58,458 nucleotides of DNA, from contig DKBG01000127.1 of the NCBI GenBank assembly GCA_002451155.1, positions 14,924 through 73,381 of the forward strand, read 5' to 3'. The notes beneath the pieces are model-generated. The model was given only the letters and a program-made list of their open reading frames with translations. It was not told where the DNA came from and did not search any database. This DNA comes from Ignavibacteria bacterium UBA6906 (lineage in GTDB: Bacteria > Bacteroidota > Ignavibacteria > UBA10030 > UBA6906). Below, piece after piece: positions 9,134 through 16,578 of this stretch. Each line of letters starts with the position of its first letter. The stretch's first letter is position 1. The position numbers were made by a program, and so were the translations under genes.

Positions 9134-9700
9134 TCAGGGCACTCTCCGTTTCCGTGACGTCCGTACGTCAATTTCCTTCAGTTTTTTCAGTTCTTCCGAC
9201 GTCTTTCGAAGCTGTGTGTTGAGCTCATCATTCTCCCGCGCGCGGGATGCAAGCATTGAGGTCAGCCTCCGCACGGTTTCAGAGAGGCTGTCAATCACGC
9301 CCTCCTGCCGCCTTCCTTCCGCGGACAGTGCGCGGTTCCAGTTAAGCGCTGAGAGAACTTCCTGGAGCAGGTCTTTTTCTCCCGGATCGGTTGTGAGAAC
9401 GTCGTAGACATTGAGCCACCGAAGCGCGATACTATCGTTTCTCGCCGGATTCTGAGGTCGGGCGTAGAGCACACCTGTCTTGCGTACGGCGAGGGGCCAG
9501 ACGTCGGACATCGGATACCCTTCTGCAACCATCAGGTATTCATGAGCCGCCTCCCGCAAGTTGCCGGCACTTTCAAGGCTTTGTGCAACACCGATCTGCT
9601 GCCGTGCCTTCGTCGTTGCTGGCGTCTCACTCTCGAATGCCCCCGAACACCCCAGGAACCACGTACATGTACACACCACCAGACTTATGATGCGACTCAT
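9134..9700 (-). CDS. Lipoprotein of unknown function (helical/TPR-like plus C-terminal coiled coil)
   Basis: 188 aa. Signal peptide with lipobox FLGC. C-terminal heptad-like NDELNTQLRKTSEELKKLKEID. ATGA overlap with the histidine kinase stop. No family recognised. Confidence 0.6.
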   Translation of the reverse strand: MSRIISLVVCTCTWFLGCSGAFESETPATTKARQQIGVAQSLESAGNLREAAHEYLMVAEGYPMSDVWPLAVRKTGVLYARPQNPARNDSIALRWLNVYDVLTTDPGEKDLLQEVLSALNWNRALSAEGRRQEGVIDSLSETVRRLTSMLASRARENDELNTQLRKTSEELKKLKEIDVRTSRKRRVP

Positions 9701-11178
9701 GTCTTCCCCTCCCCGTTAACTCCGCCCGGCGTCCGATGTACGCCGGATATTCCATCAACTCCTGTCGGCAGTTCAACAGTAAACGTCGATCCCTGTCCGG
9801 GAATGCTCTCTGCCGAGACCGCTCCGCCATGCCCTTCAACGATTCCCTTGACGAGGGCCAGTCCGATACCGGTCCCTTTCACGTTCACCGCTGCAGCACT
9901 TTTTGCCTGAAAGAACTTCGTAAAGAGGTGGGGGAGATCATCCGCTTCAATTCCAACGCCCGTATCGTTCACAGCAATCTTCACCTTGTCACCTGTCGCA
10001 TGAAGATCCATCTGAACGGTTCCACCCCTCCCTGTAAATTTGATGGCGTTGCTCAGCAGGTTGCTGAGAACCTGCAGGATCTTTTCCCGATCCGCCATAA
10101 CCGTCGGCACCTGATGATCATTCAATACAATTCGGATTTCTTTACGCTCGGCCACCGGCTGGATCGCCGCGATTGCCTGGGCTGCAATGGAAGACAGGTC
10201 TGTTGGCTCGAGCCGAAATTCCATCTTTCCCGCTTCCATGCGTGCAAGATCAAGAAACTGGTTCGTGAACGCCGAGATCCGGTCGACGTTCTCCTCGATG
10301 ATCTGGAGCACTCTGGCGAGTCCGTCTGGAGTGGGTGTTGGAGCCTGCTTTCGGAGCACATAGTGTGCCGAGTACAGAGACTGAAGCGGCACGCGCATTT
10401 CATGGGCAATATGGTACATCATCTCCGCCTTGTAGTCGTTGAGCTGGCGGAGTTTTGCACTCATGGAATTGAAGGACGCGGCGAGCGAGGCCATTTCATC
10501 ATGTGAGGATACCGCAATGGTTTCGAACCTGCCGGCAGCGACGCGTTCGGTCGCCCGCTGCAGGGTCTGGATCGGTCGCGTGATCGTTCGAGCAATCATG
10601 AACGCGAGGATGAGTGTCAGAAGGATGGCTGCAAGGGTCAGCAGGAATGCTCGATCGTAGGCTTCGATAACGGAGTCCTGCAGGGCACTGATCGATTGCT
10701 CAATAGCCGCCTGGTTCGCCTGCACGATGTCATCCAGCCGGGCGCGGATCGCCTGGGCACTGTCGGAGAGTGCATCAAGCGGAACCCCGGTGTACCGTGA
10801 GTTCGGATGAACCGCAAGATCAAGCATTGCAGTGTGCGATATGGCGATCCGGCGCACCGTTCCGGGGACCGTCTGGAGGGAGGCGACCGCTTTCAGCGAA
10901 TCGAGTCGATCGGAAAACCGCTCCGACACCTCGGACAACAGAGACGCATACGCGGTATCCCGGGAAACGAGCAACTTTTGTCCGATCTGCTCTTCATCGT
11001 CCACGAGTGTGCCGAGGGATTTGGCAAGATCGATAGAGCGGCTGTTAACTGACAGGGTGGTTTCGGCTGACGCCATCACTGACCGGAGGGTAATCAGCGT
11101 GGAGACATTCAGAGCGACCATCGCAGCAATGATCAGGCCGAAGCCGAGCATCATCTTGCTGTAGATTGTCAGTCTCAC
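9697..11178 (-). CDS. Sensor histidine kinase (TM, helical extracytoplasmic domain, TM, HAMP, HisKA, HATPase_c)
   Basis: HisKA box HIAHEMRVPLQSL. ATPase boxes NLLSNAIKFT, DTGVGI, GTGIGLALV. The start is placed at GTG 11176-11178 (VRLTIYSKMMLGFG...), giving a GTGA overlap with the acpS stop. The longer track ORF would overlap acpS by about 180 nt. Confidence 0.85.
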   Translation of the reverse strand: MRLTIYSKMMLGFGLIIAAMVALNVSTLITLRSVMASAETTLSVNSRSIDLAKSLGTLVDDEEQIGQKLLVSRDTAYASLLSEVSERFSDRLDSLKAVASLQTVPGTVRRIAISHTAMLDLAVHPNSRYTGVPLDALSDSAQAIRARLDDIVQANQAAIEQSISALQDSVIEAYDRAFLLTLAAILLTLILAFMIARTITRPIQTLQRATERVAAGRFETIAVSSHDEMASLAASFNSMSAKLRQLNDYKAEMMYHIAHEMRVPLQSLYSAHYVLRKQAPTPTPDGLARVLQIIEENVDRISAFTNQFLDLARMEAGKMEFRLEPTDLSSIAAQAIAAIQPVAERKEIRIVLNDHQVPTVMADREKILQVLSNLLSNAIKFTGRGGTVQMDLHATGDKVKIAVNDTGVGIEADDLPHLFTKFFQAKSAAAVNVKGTGIGLALVKGIVEGHGGAVSAESIPGQGSTFTVELPTGVDGISGVHRTPGGVNGEGKT

Positions 11179-11549
11179 GGATGCTCCTCGATGACCACCA
11201 TGGCAACGACATGGGAGTCGGAATGGGATATACTGACAAAAATTCTGGCCGGCGCGAGAGTCTCTTTCAGCTTCCCATGCAGAGTGATCAGAGGCTGACC
11301 GGATGGGGCATTCATCACTTCGACGTCTTTCCAGCGGAATTCCCCTGCCCATCCCGTTGAGAGGGCTTTGCTCACCGCTTCTTTTGCGGCAAAGCGGGCA
11401 GCAAAGTGCTGGAACCGATTTTGTTTTGCCGAACAGTACTTAATTTCACGGGAAGTGTAGACTTTATGCAGAAACCGGTCTCCGAGACCTTCTACGCTTT
11501 CGCGAATGCGATCGATCTCGATGATGTCTACCCCTATTCCCCTGACCAT
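11175..11549 (-). CDS. acpS: Holo-[acyl-carrier-protein] synthase
   Basis: 124 aa. GIGVDIIEIDRI..., FAARFAAKEAVSKAL, ISISHSD-type C-terminus (VSISHSDSHVVAMV). Confidence 0.9.
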   Translation of the reverse strand: MVRGIGVDIIEIDRIRESVEGLGDRFLHKVYTSREIKYCSAKQNRFQHFAARFAAKEAVSKALSTGWAGEFRWKDVEVMNAPSGQPLITLHGKLKETLAPARIFVSISHSDSHVVAMVVIEEHP

Positions 11550-11555
11550 GGGTGC

Positions 11556-12251
11556 TTACTCCTCCCGGGTACCGGCGTTTTCCTGATTGATGATATCCAG
11601 CAGAAGCGAAACATCGGAGATGTCGTAGTCCGCGTTCGATTCAACGGTTCCGAACGTGTCGCCGTACCGTGCAAAGACCGTCTTGATGCCCACCTGTGCG
11701 GCCCCCACCATGTCACGCTCCGGCCAGTCTCCGACCATCAGCGCTTCGTGCGGCCGGACCTTCAGGAGGCCAAGTGCCCGCCGGAAGGGAGCGGGACTTG
11801 GTTTCCGCTCACCGGTATCTTCGAACGTCACCACGTGATCGAACAGATGGTGAAAATTCAGGTACGAGAGTCTGAGCCATGCTTCGCGGCTCGGTGCATC
11901 CGACACCACGGCCAGCCGGATCCCGCGCTTGGCGAGCTCAATGAGAGTCATGGTCACATGCGGGTAGGGGACAAGCGCGGCCTCCCGGGCCCGCCGATAC
12001 GCTATGATTCCTGCCGAAAGGATCTTATAATCCACTTTCTGAAAGATATCATAGAGGAGCTGGTCAAAGACATTCTGGAACTCGATTCCCCGTTCTTTGT
12101 AGATTGCATCGATTCGCTCCTGCACTTCACCGGCCGGCAACTTTAGTCCGGCATCGATCATTGAATGGACGGCGGCGGTAATCGCTTGTTTCTTCATCCC
12201 CATGAAGTCCACGAGGGTGTTATCCAGATCGAAAATTACTGCCCTGATCAT
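11556..12251 (-). CDS. HAD-superfamily hydrolase (phosphatase subfamily IA-like)
   Basis: 231 aa. Motif I FDLDNTLVDF, motif II VVSDA, motif III KPSP, motif IV VGDWPERD. Confidence 0.85.
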   Translation of the reverse strand: MIRAVIFDLDNTLVDFMGMKKQAITAAVHSMIDAGLKLPAGEVQERIDAIYKERGIEFQNVFDQLLYDIFQKVDYKILSAGIIAYRRAREAALVPYPHVTMTLIELAKRGIRLAVVSDAPSREAWLRLSYLNFHHLFDHVVTFEDTGERKPSPAPFRRALGLLKVRPHEALMVGDWPERDMVGAAQVGIKTVFARYGDTFGTVESNADYDISDVSLLLDIINQENAGTREE

Positions 12252-12520
12252 GCTTTCCTCCGCCGCGCCTTTGCGGCTTCATCGTCGATGTAGGCTCGAA
12301 GCGCAGGCTTCAGAAAAACGTTTTCCAGCCCGATCTCACGCATTGCAGCCGCCAGCACAGCCGCTTTCCGCGTGGGCAGGAGGCGCCGGTTCACAAGGAG
12401 TAGTTTCTGCGCCTTGAGAATGCAGTACCCCCCCTCAAAATCGCCCCGTTCAAACCGGACGGTGACCCCGAGCTGCCGTGCGACATCCTGCAGTTCAACG
12501 ACGATTTCTTCGTGCTTCAT
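12248..12520 (-). CDS. Hypothetical 90-aa protein
   Basis: ATGA overlaps at both ends, with the upstream membrane protein and the downstream HAD gene. Basic C-terminal tail (AAKARRRKA). No family recognised. Confidence 0.55.
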   Translation of the reverse strand: MKHEEIVVELQDVARQLGVTVRFERGDFEGGYCILKAQKLLLVNRRLLPTRKAAVLAAAMREIGLENVFLKPALRAYIDDEAAKARRRKA

Positions 12521-13068
12521 CTCACCTCGTCACTCTTCTTCCGAAACGGCTGGAACACCGCCAATCCCACAACCGTGAAATAGCAGAACGTCGCCACCAG
12601 CGGTGCACCGGCAAGGGCCCCGAGTCGTGCAAGGAAAAGCTCTCGCAGCACCGCAGTATCAGCTGTGGTGAAGAATTCCTGATAGACCAGGCGAACATCG
12701 AGGACAATGGTGAACACCTCCACAGGGACAAACACATACAGCAGGATTGCGGCCATCAACATCCATGGATGTTCCCTGATCCTGAACGGGCTCGTCGAAA
12801 GGAAGACAATGCTGCCAGCCAGCGTCAGACAGTATGCTCCAATGATCACCAGCGAACTGAGTGCGACCAGCCTGTAGATCTCTCGCTCGGCGTCGGCGGA
12901 CAAGTACTGATCTATTTCAATAGAGCCTGGCAGCAGGAGATCATATCCGATCAGGGCGCGGACAACCGAACCTCCAAGCCAGATGATCGCGGAACAGACC
13001 ATGACGAAGAGCGCAATGCGCCAGAGAGCCTCTGCGCGGAGTGATCGTTCCTTCACGGCGTTTCCCAC
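12517..13068 (-). CDS. Hypothetical polytopic membrane protein (about 5 TM)
   Basis: 183-aa ORF opening at GTG 13068. An alternative GTG at 13054-13056 would give a GTGA overlap with the upstream gene's stop. Hydrophobic helices throughout. No family recognised. Confidence 0.55.
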   Translation of the reverse strand: MGNAVKERSLRAEALWRIALFVMVCSAIIWLGGSVVRALIGYDLLLPGSIEIDQYLSADAEREIYRLVALSSLVIIGAYCLTLAGSIVFLSTSPFRIREHPWMLMAAILLYVFVPVEVFTIVLDVRLVYQEFFTTADTAVLRELFLARLGALAGAPLVATFCYFTVVGLAVFQPFRKKSDEVR

Positions 13069-13541
13069 GGCAGGGCTCCCGGGTTGTCAATTCGCCAGTT
13101 CTTGTACCAGCTGAGATCCCGCAGTAGCCCGAGAAAATTGTCCAGTCCAGCCGGAGTCATTGCGAGATACTTGATGTCATGTCGCTGCTTTTCGTTCTCC
13201 GGAGAGTCCTGGAGAAGCGTTGTGAGAAGCGATCGTGCTTCCGCAAGCTGCACGGTGAATTCCTTCGAGAGGCCGTCGTACCCTTCGGCATCTTTTCCGA
13301 TGCGCTGCATGATGCCGAAGGAGCGGACAAGAAACTTTCCCAGGAAGCTGAGCCGGTCGAGGTCTGCATCCCGGTCCCGCACACAGGCGATCTGGAGCAG
13401 ATCTCCCACCAGGTCTCTGTGGATGAATGTTCTCCCGGCGTGGCCTTCCAGCACTGTCAGGAAGGCCGAAATGGATGGACTGAGATACATGGCTGTGGAC
13501 GGAATTCCCCGAAATATAGGCAAACCTGTCTGGAGATTCAA
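13053..13541 (-). CDS. Hypothetical all-helical protein (162 aa from TTG; 145 aa from the first ATG at 13490)
   Basis: Co-directional ORF in the chain downstream of the Zn/Cd ATPase. Start uncertain (TTG 13541 or ATG 13490). No family recognised. Confidence 0.5.
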   Translation of the reverse strand: MNLQTGLPIFRGIPSTAMYLSPSISAFLTVLEGHAGRTFIHRDLVGDLLQIACVRDRDADLDRLSFLGKFLVRSFGIMQRIGKDAEGYDGLSKEFTVQLAEARSLLTTLLQDSPENEKQRHDIKYLAMTPAGLDNFLGLLRDLSWYKNWRIDNPGALPWETP

Positions 13542-13560
13542 TTATGCGGGGAACATCCGG

Positions 13561-13899
13561 TCAATTCGCGTGATTGCCCGGTTCCTCTAGGAAGGAGCGA
13601 ACGAGATCCTGACACTCGGCATTCCCTACCACGCGGAGGAGGAAATACGCCTCAACCTGAACATAGTCTAGTCCGAGCAGGCACTCTCCCCGTCGCTCAA
13701 GGTCGACCAGTGTGCGAAGCGCTGCACGGATTTCATCTCCAGGCCCCGAGAGCATAAAGTCGAGACCGTTGGCGACGTCGCGAATGTGCACCAGATGGCG
13801 GCGAATGACACTGAGGGCATCAAGCAATCGCTGGCCGTCCTGCGGGTCGGACAGGGCCGCCAGAAGCATATCCGTATGATTTCTCAGCGGGGAGCTCAC
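13561..13899 (-). CDS. Hypothetical helical protein (112 aa)
   Basis: The GTG start at 13897-13899 forms a GTGA overlap with the ATPase stop (13896-13898). An alternative ATG lies at 13869. No family recognised. Confidence 0.5.
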   Translation of the reverse strand: MSSPLRNHTDMLLAALSDPQDGQRLLDALSVIRRHLVHIRDVANGLDFMLSGPGDEIRAALRTLVDLERRGECLLGLDYVQVEAYFLLRVVGNAECQDLVRSFLEEPGNHAN

Positions 13900-16010
13900 A
13901 GATTTTCCTTGTGCGAAAGGAGTCGAAGTCCGTTCGCAATCACCGCCAGTGCAGCTCCGTCATCCGCGAGCACGGCCATCCAGAGCGTGCTGACGCCGAG
14001 CAGGCTCAGCATAAGGAACACGAGTTTGATCCCGAGAGCCAGGGCGACATTCTGCCGGACCGCGCGCAGCGCAGTCCGGGATAGCGCAAAGAGATGCGGC
14101 AGTTTCGCGAGATTGTCCGACATCAAGATCACGTCGGCCGTCTCCAGGGTTGCATCTACACCAGACACTCCCATACCTATGCCAGTGTCGGCTGCCGCAA
14201 GTGCGGGGGCGTCATTGATACCGTCTCCCACCATTGCAACCGGTCCATTGCTCCGCCGAAGCTCCCGTATAGCCTCCGCCTTTTGTGCCGGGAGCAGACC
14301 GGACGCAATTCTGTCTATTCCGAGATCCTCTGCCACCCGGGCGGTCACCGATTCCTGATCGCCGGAGAGCATCACCAGCGTCCTGACTCCTGTTTCTCTT
14401 AGCGCGAAAAGGGATTCCTTGCTCTGGCCCCGGGCTGTATCCTGAAAGCCAAGAATGGCCACTGGTTCCTTTTCACGTCCAAGAATGATCGTGGTCTTGC
14501 CCTCCTGCGCAAGCCGGCGCACTGCGGATTCGACCTCTGAGGTGCTGCCGACGCGCTCCCGACAGAGTCTCTCGTTGCCAAGGAAGTAGCGCTCGCCGCT
14601 GATCGTGGCGCTGACACCAAGGCCGGGGAGCGCTTCGAAATGCTCAACGGTGAGGTGTCTATAGTCAATCCCGCGATGCACGGCCGCTGTCAGGACTGCC
14701 GCTGCGAGATGATGTTCTGAGTAATGTTCCAGTGCTGCGACAACTTTCAGCACCTGATCACTGGAAAGAGAATTCAGGGGGAGCAGGTCGGTTACCCGCA
14801 GCATTCCTTCGGTCAGTGTTCCGGTCTTGTCGAACACCACTGTGCGTGTTTTACTCAGCACCTCCAGGTATCTCCCACCCTTCACGAGGATTCCATGACG
14901 TGCGGCGTTGGTAAGTGCACTAACAAGAGTGACGGGAGTGGAGAGAACCAGCGCGCACGGGCAGGCGATCACCAGGAGAACGAGCGATCGGTAGAACCAT
15001 ACAGAAAACGAGCCGAGGGAAACAAGCGGAGGGACAATCGCAACAAGGAGCGCCATGATGAGCACAACCGGCGTATAGATGCGGGCGAACCGGTCAACGA
15101 AGCTTTGAATCGGCGCCCGCTGCCGCTGAGATTCCTCGATGAGATGCACAATGCCCGCGAGCATAGTATCCTGGTATCGTTTCGTCACCCGCACTCTCAG
15201 CAGTCCGACCCCATTTAACGATCCCGCGTAGACGGTAGCTCCAGCACGTTTTTCCACAGGCTCCGATTCACCCGTGATCGGTGCCTGATTTACGGTTGAT
15301 GTGCCCTCACTGACGAGACCATCAAGGGGAATACGCTCTCCAGGCCTGATCACCATGGTCTCATCCGGCGAGACATCCGCTGCCGGAACTGAGTATTCTT
15401 TCCCATCCCGCATCACCGTACATTCTTGTGGCGAGAGCGCAAGGAGCGATCGAACCGCTCTGCGGGTCCTTGAGGTACTGTGGGTTTCAAGCATGAGTGC
15501 AACGGAGAAGAGGACGATTACCGCGGCTCCTTCCCCCCACCTGCCTATCGAGAGCGCGCCGACTACTGCAATAGTCATTAGCACGTTCATATCCAGCGCG
15601 CGGGTTCGCACTGCACCCAACGCCTTGGTGAATATGCGCCATCCTCCGATCAGGATTGCGGCAAAGAGAAGGCCGTGCGCAGCTGCCGTGTTCGTGCCGG
15701 CCGATTCGACAACCAGCCCCGCAACAGCCAGCAGGGCTGCGGTGCCAGTACTCACTTTGTCACTGTGTCGTGTCCAGAGCGCTTCCTCAGGCAGGACATT
15801 TCTGACCGCCCGGGCCCTGAAGCCCGCACGGTGAACCTCCGAAAGGACGCGTTCTTCAGCGACCTCCCCACTCACCCGCAGCTCTGACGTCAGGGAGTTA
15901 TAGCTGAAGTGATCCGTCCCGAGAGAGGAGTTCAGGCACTTGCGCAGCACCCCCTCCTCTGTACTGCAGCACACCCCGCTAATATAGTATCGTGCTTCCG
16001 CATCACTCAT
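13896..16010 (-). CDS. cadA: Zn(II)/Cd(II)/Pb(II)-type P1B-2 heavy-metal ATPase
   Basis: 704 aa. N-terminal HMA-like domain with GVCCSTEE. TM CPC (IACPCALVLSTP), DKTGTLT, GDGINDAPAL. TM Lys (ALGIK) and ADDG (DxG) motifs typical of divalent-metal P1B-2 pumps. GAGG lies 8 nt upstream of the ATG. Confidence 0.9.
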   Translation of the reverse strand: MSDAEARYYISGVCCSTEEGVLRKCLNSSLGTDHFSYNSLTSELRVSGEVAEERVLSEVHRAGFRARAVRNVLPEEALWTRHSDKVSTGTAALLAVAGLVVESAGTNTAAAHGLLFAAILIGGWRIFTKALGAVRTRALDMNVLMTIAVVGALSIGRWGEGAAVIVLFSVALMLETHSTSRTRRAVRSLLALSPQECTVMRDGKEYSVPAADVSPDETMVIRPGERIPLDGLVSEGTSTVNQAPITGESEPVEKRAGATVYAGSLNGVGLLRVRVTKRYQDTMLAGIVHLIEESQRQRAPIQSFVDRFARIYTPVVLIMALLVAIVPPLVSLGSFSVWFYRSLVLLVIACPCALVLSTPVTLVSALTNAARHGILVKGGRYLEVLSKTRTVVFDKTGTLTEGMLRVTDLLPLNSLSSDQVLKVVAALEHYSEHHLAAAVLTAAVHRGIDYRHLTVEHFEALPGLGVSATISGERYFLGNERLCRERVGSTSEVESAVRRLAQEGKTTIILGREKEPVAILGFQDTARGQSKESLFALRETGVRTLVMLSGDQESVTARVAEDLGIDRIASGLLPAQKAEAIRELRRSNGPVAMVGDGINDAPALAAADTGIGMGVSGVDATLETADVILMSDNLAKLPHLFALSRTALRAVRQNVALALGIKLVFLMLSLLGVSTLWMAVLADDGAALAVIANGLRLLSHKENL

Positions 16011-16025
16011 GAACGCCTCAATCTC

Positions 16026-16391
16026 TTAGCGCTCGGACACATGCCGAATGCCGATTCGAATCAGATCATCGATATGCACATCATCCAACATATAGTAGGT
16101 CATCTTCCCTTCCCGTCGGTATTTCACAAGTCTCATCGTCTTCATTGTTCTCAGCTGGTGTGAAACGGCTGACTCAGAAATCCCCACGACTCCCGCAATA
16201 TCCCCCACACACAGCTCATGACGCGCAAGCGCGAAGCAGATTTTGAGCCGGGTGACATCCCCCAGCACTTTGAACGTCTCACCGAGCCCCCGGAGCGTGT
16301 CGCTGTCCGGTATTGCTTTCCCTGCCGCTTCGGCCCGCTCACGCCGGAGGACTGTGGTCATCGTAGACTGCTCCATCCCGGTCTCCTTCAT
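16026..16391 (-). CDS. ArsR/SmtB-family metalloregulator
   Basis: Winged-helix core LGDVTRLKICFALARHELCVGDIAGVVGISESAVSHQLRTMKTMRLVKYRREGKMTYY. The start is set at ATG 16389-16391 (MKETGMEQ...), which has GAGG 6 nt upstream. The TTG-initiated track ORF (to 16457) would include the promoter. Confidence 0.85.
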   Translation of the reverse strand: MKETGMEQSTMTTVLRRERAEAAGKAIPDSDTLRGLGETFKVLGDVTRLKICFALARHELCVGDIAGVVGISESAVSHQLRTMKTMRLVKYRREGKMTYYMLDDVHIDDLIRIGIRHVSER

Positions 16392-16403
16392 GTTCGCCTC
16401 AAC

Positions 16404-16427
16404 ACCTGAACAGGTCTTCAGATGAAG
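16404..16427 (-). promoter_or_regulatory. Candidate ArsR/SmtB operator (two abutting 5-2-5 palindromes)
   Basis: The + strand reads ACCTG-AA-CAGGT then CTTCA-GA-TGAAG. It contains the TGAACA / TTCAGA half-site words that I recall from SmtB/CzrA-type 12-2-12 operators. It lies between the -10 box and the arsR start codon. Confidence 0.45.
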
Positions 16428-16428
16428 T

Positions 16429-16457
16429 AACCTACCACCGCGCGACGAAAAAGTCAA
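16429..16457 (-). promoter_or_regulatory. Candidate sigma70 promoter of the arsR-cadA unit
   Basis: The minus strand reads TTGACT, a 17-nt spacer ending in TGG, then TAGGTT. The predicted start site falls inside the palindromic element at 16404-16427. Confidence 0.5.
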
Positions 16458-16578
16458 GCGGGGGCCAGCACTTCAACGCCTGCGCGGGGTGCCTGTTTCA
16501 ATAAGCAGAAGCTGGTGACAACGAGGAGCACGCGAACATTAGGCGGGAATACCTGAACGGTATTTCCGGGACTCGACG

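Noticed and set aside
13053-13899. The idea that the 112-aa and 162-aa ORFs are two halves of one frameshifted gene (a pseudogene).
   Set aside because: They are in different frames and are separated by a stop plus a 19-nt gap. Each has plausible start codons, and the first is precisely GTGA-coupled to the pump. Without homologs I cannot show a disrupted longer protein.
16545-16567. An imperfect hairpin GGGAATACC-tgaac-GGTATTTCC after the PAP2_C gene, considered as a terminator.
   Set aside because: On the transcribed (minus) strand the stem has an internal A-C mismatch and no U-tract. It is too weak to annotate.
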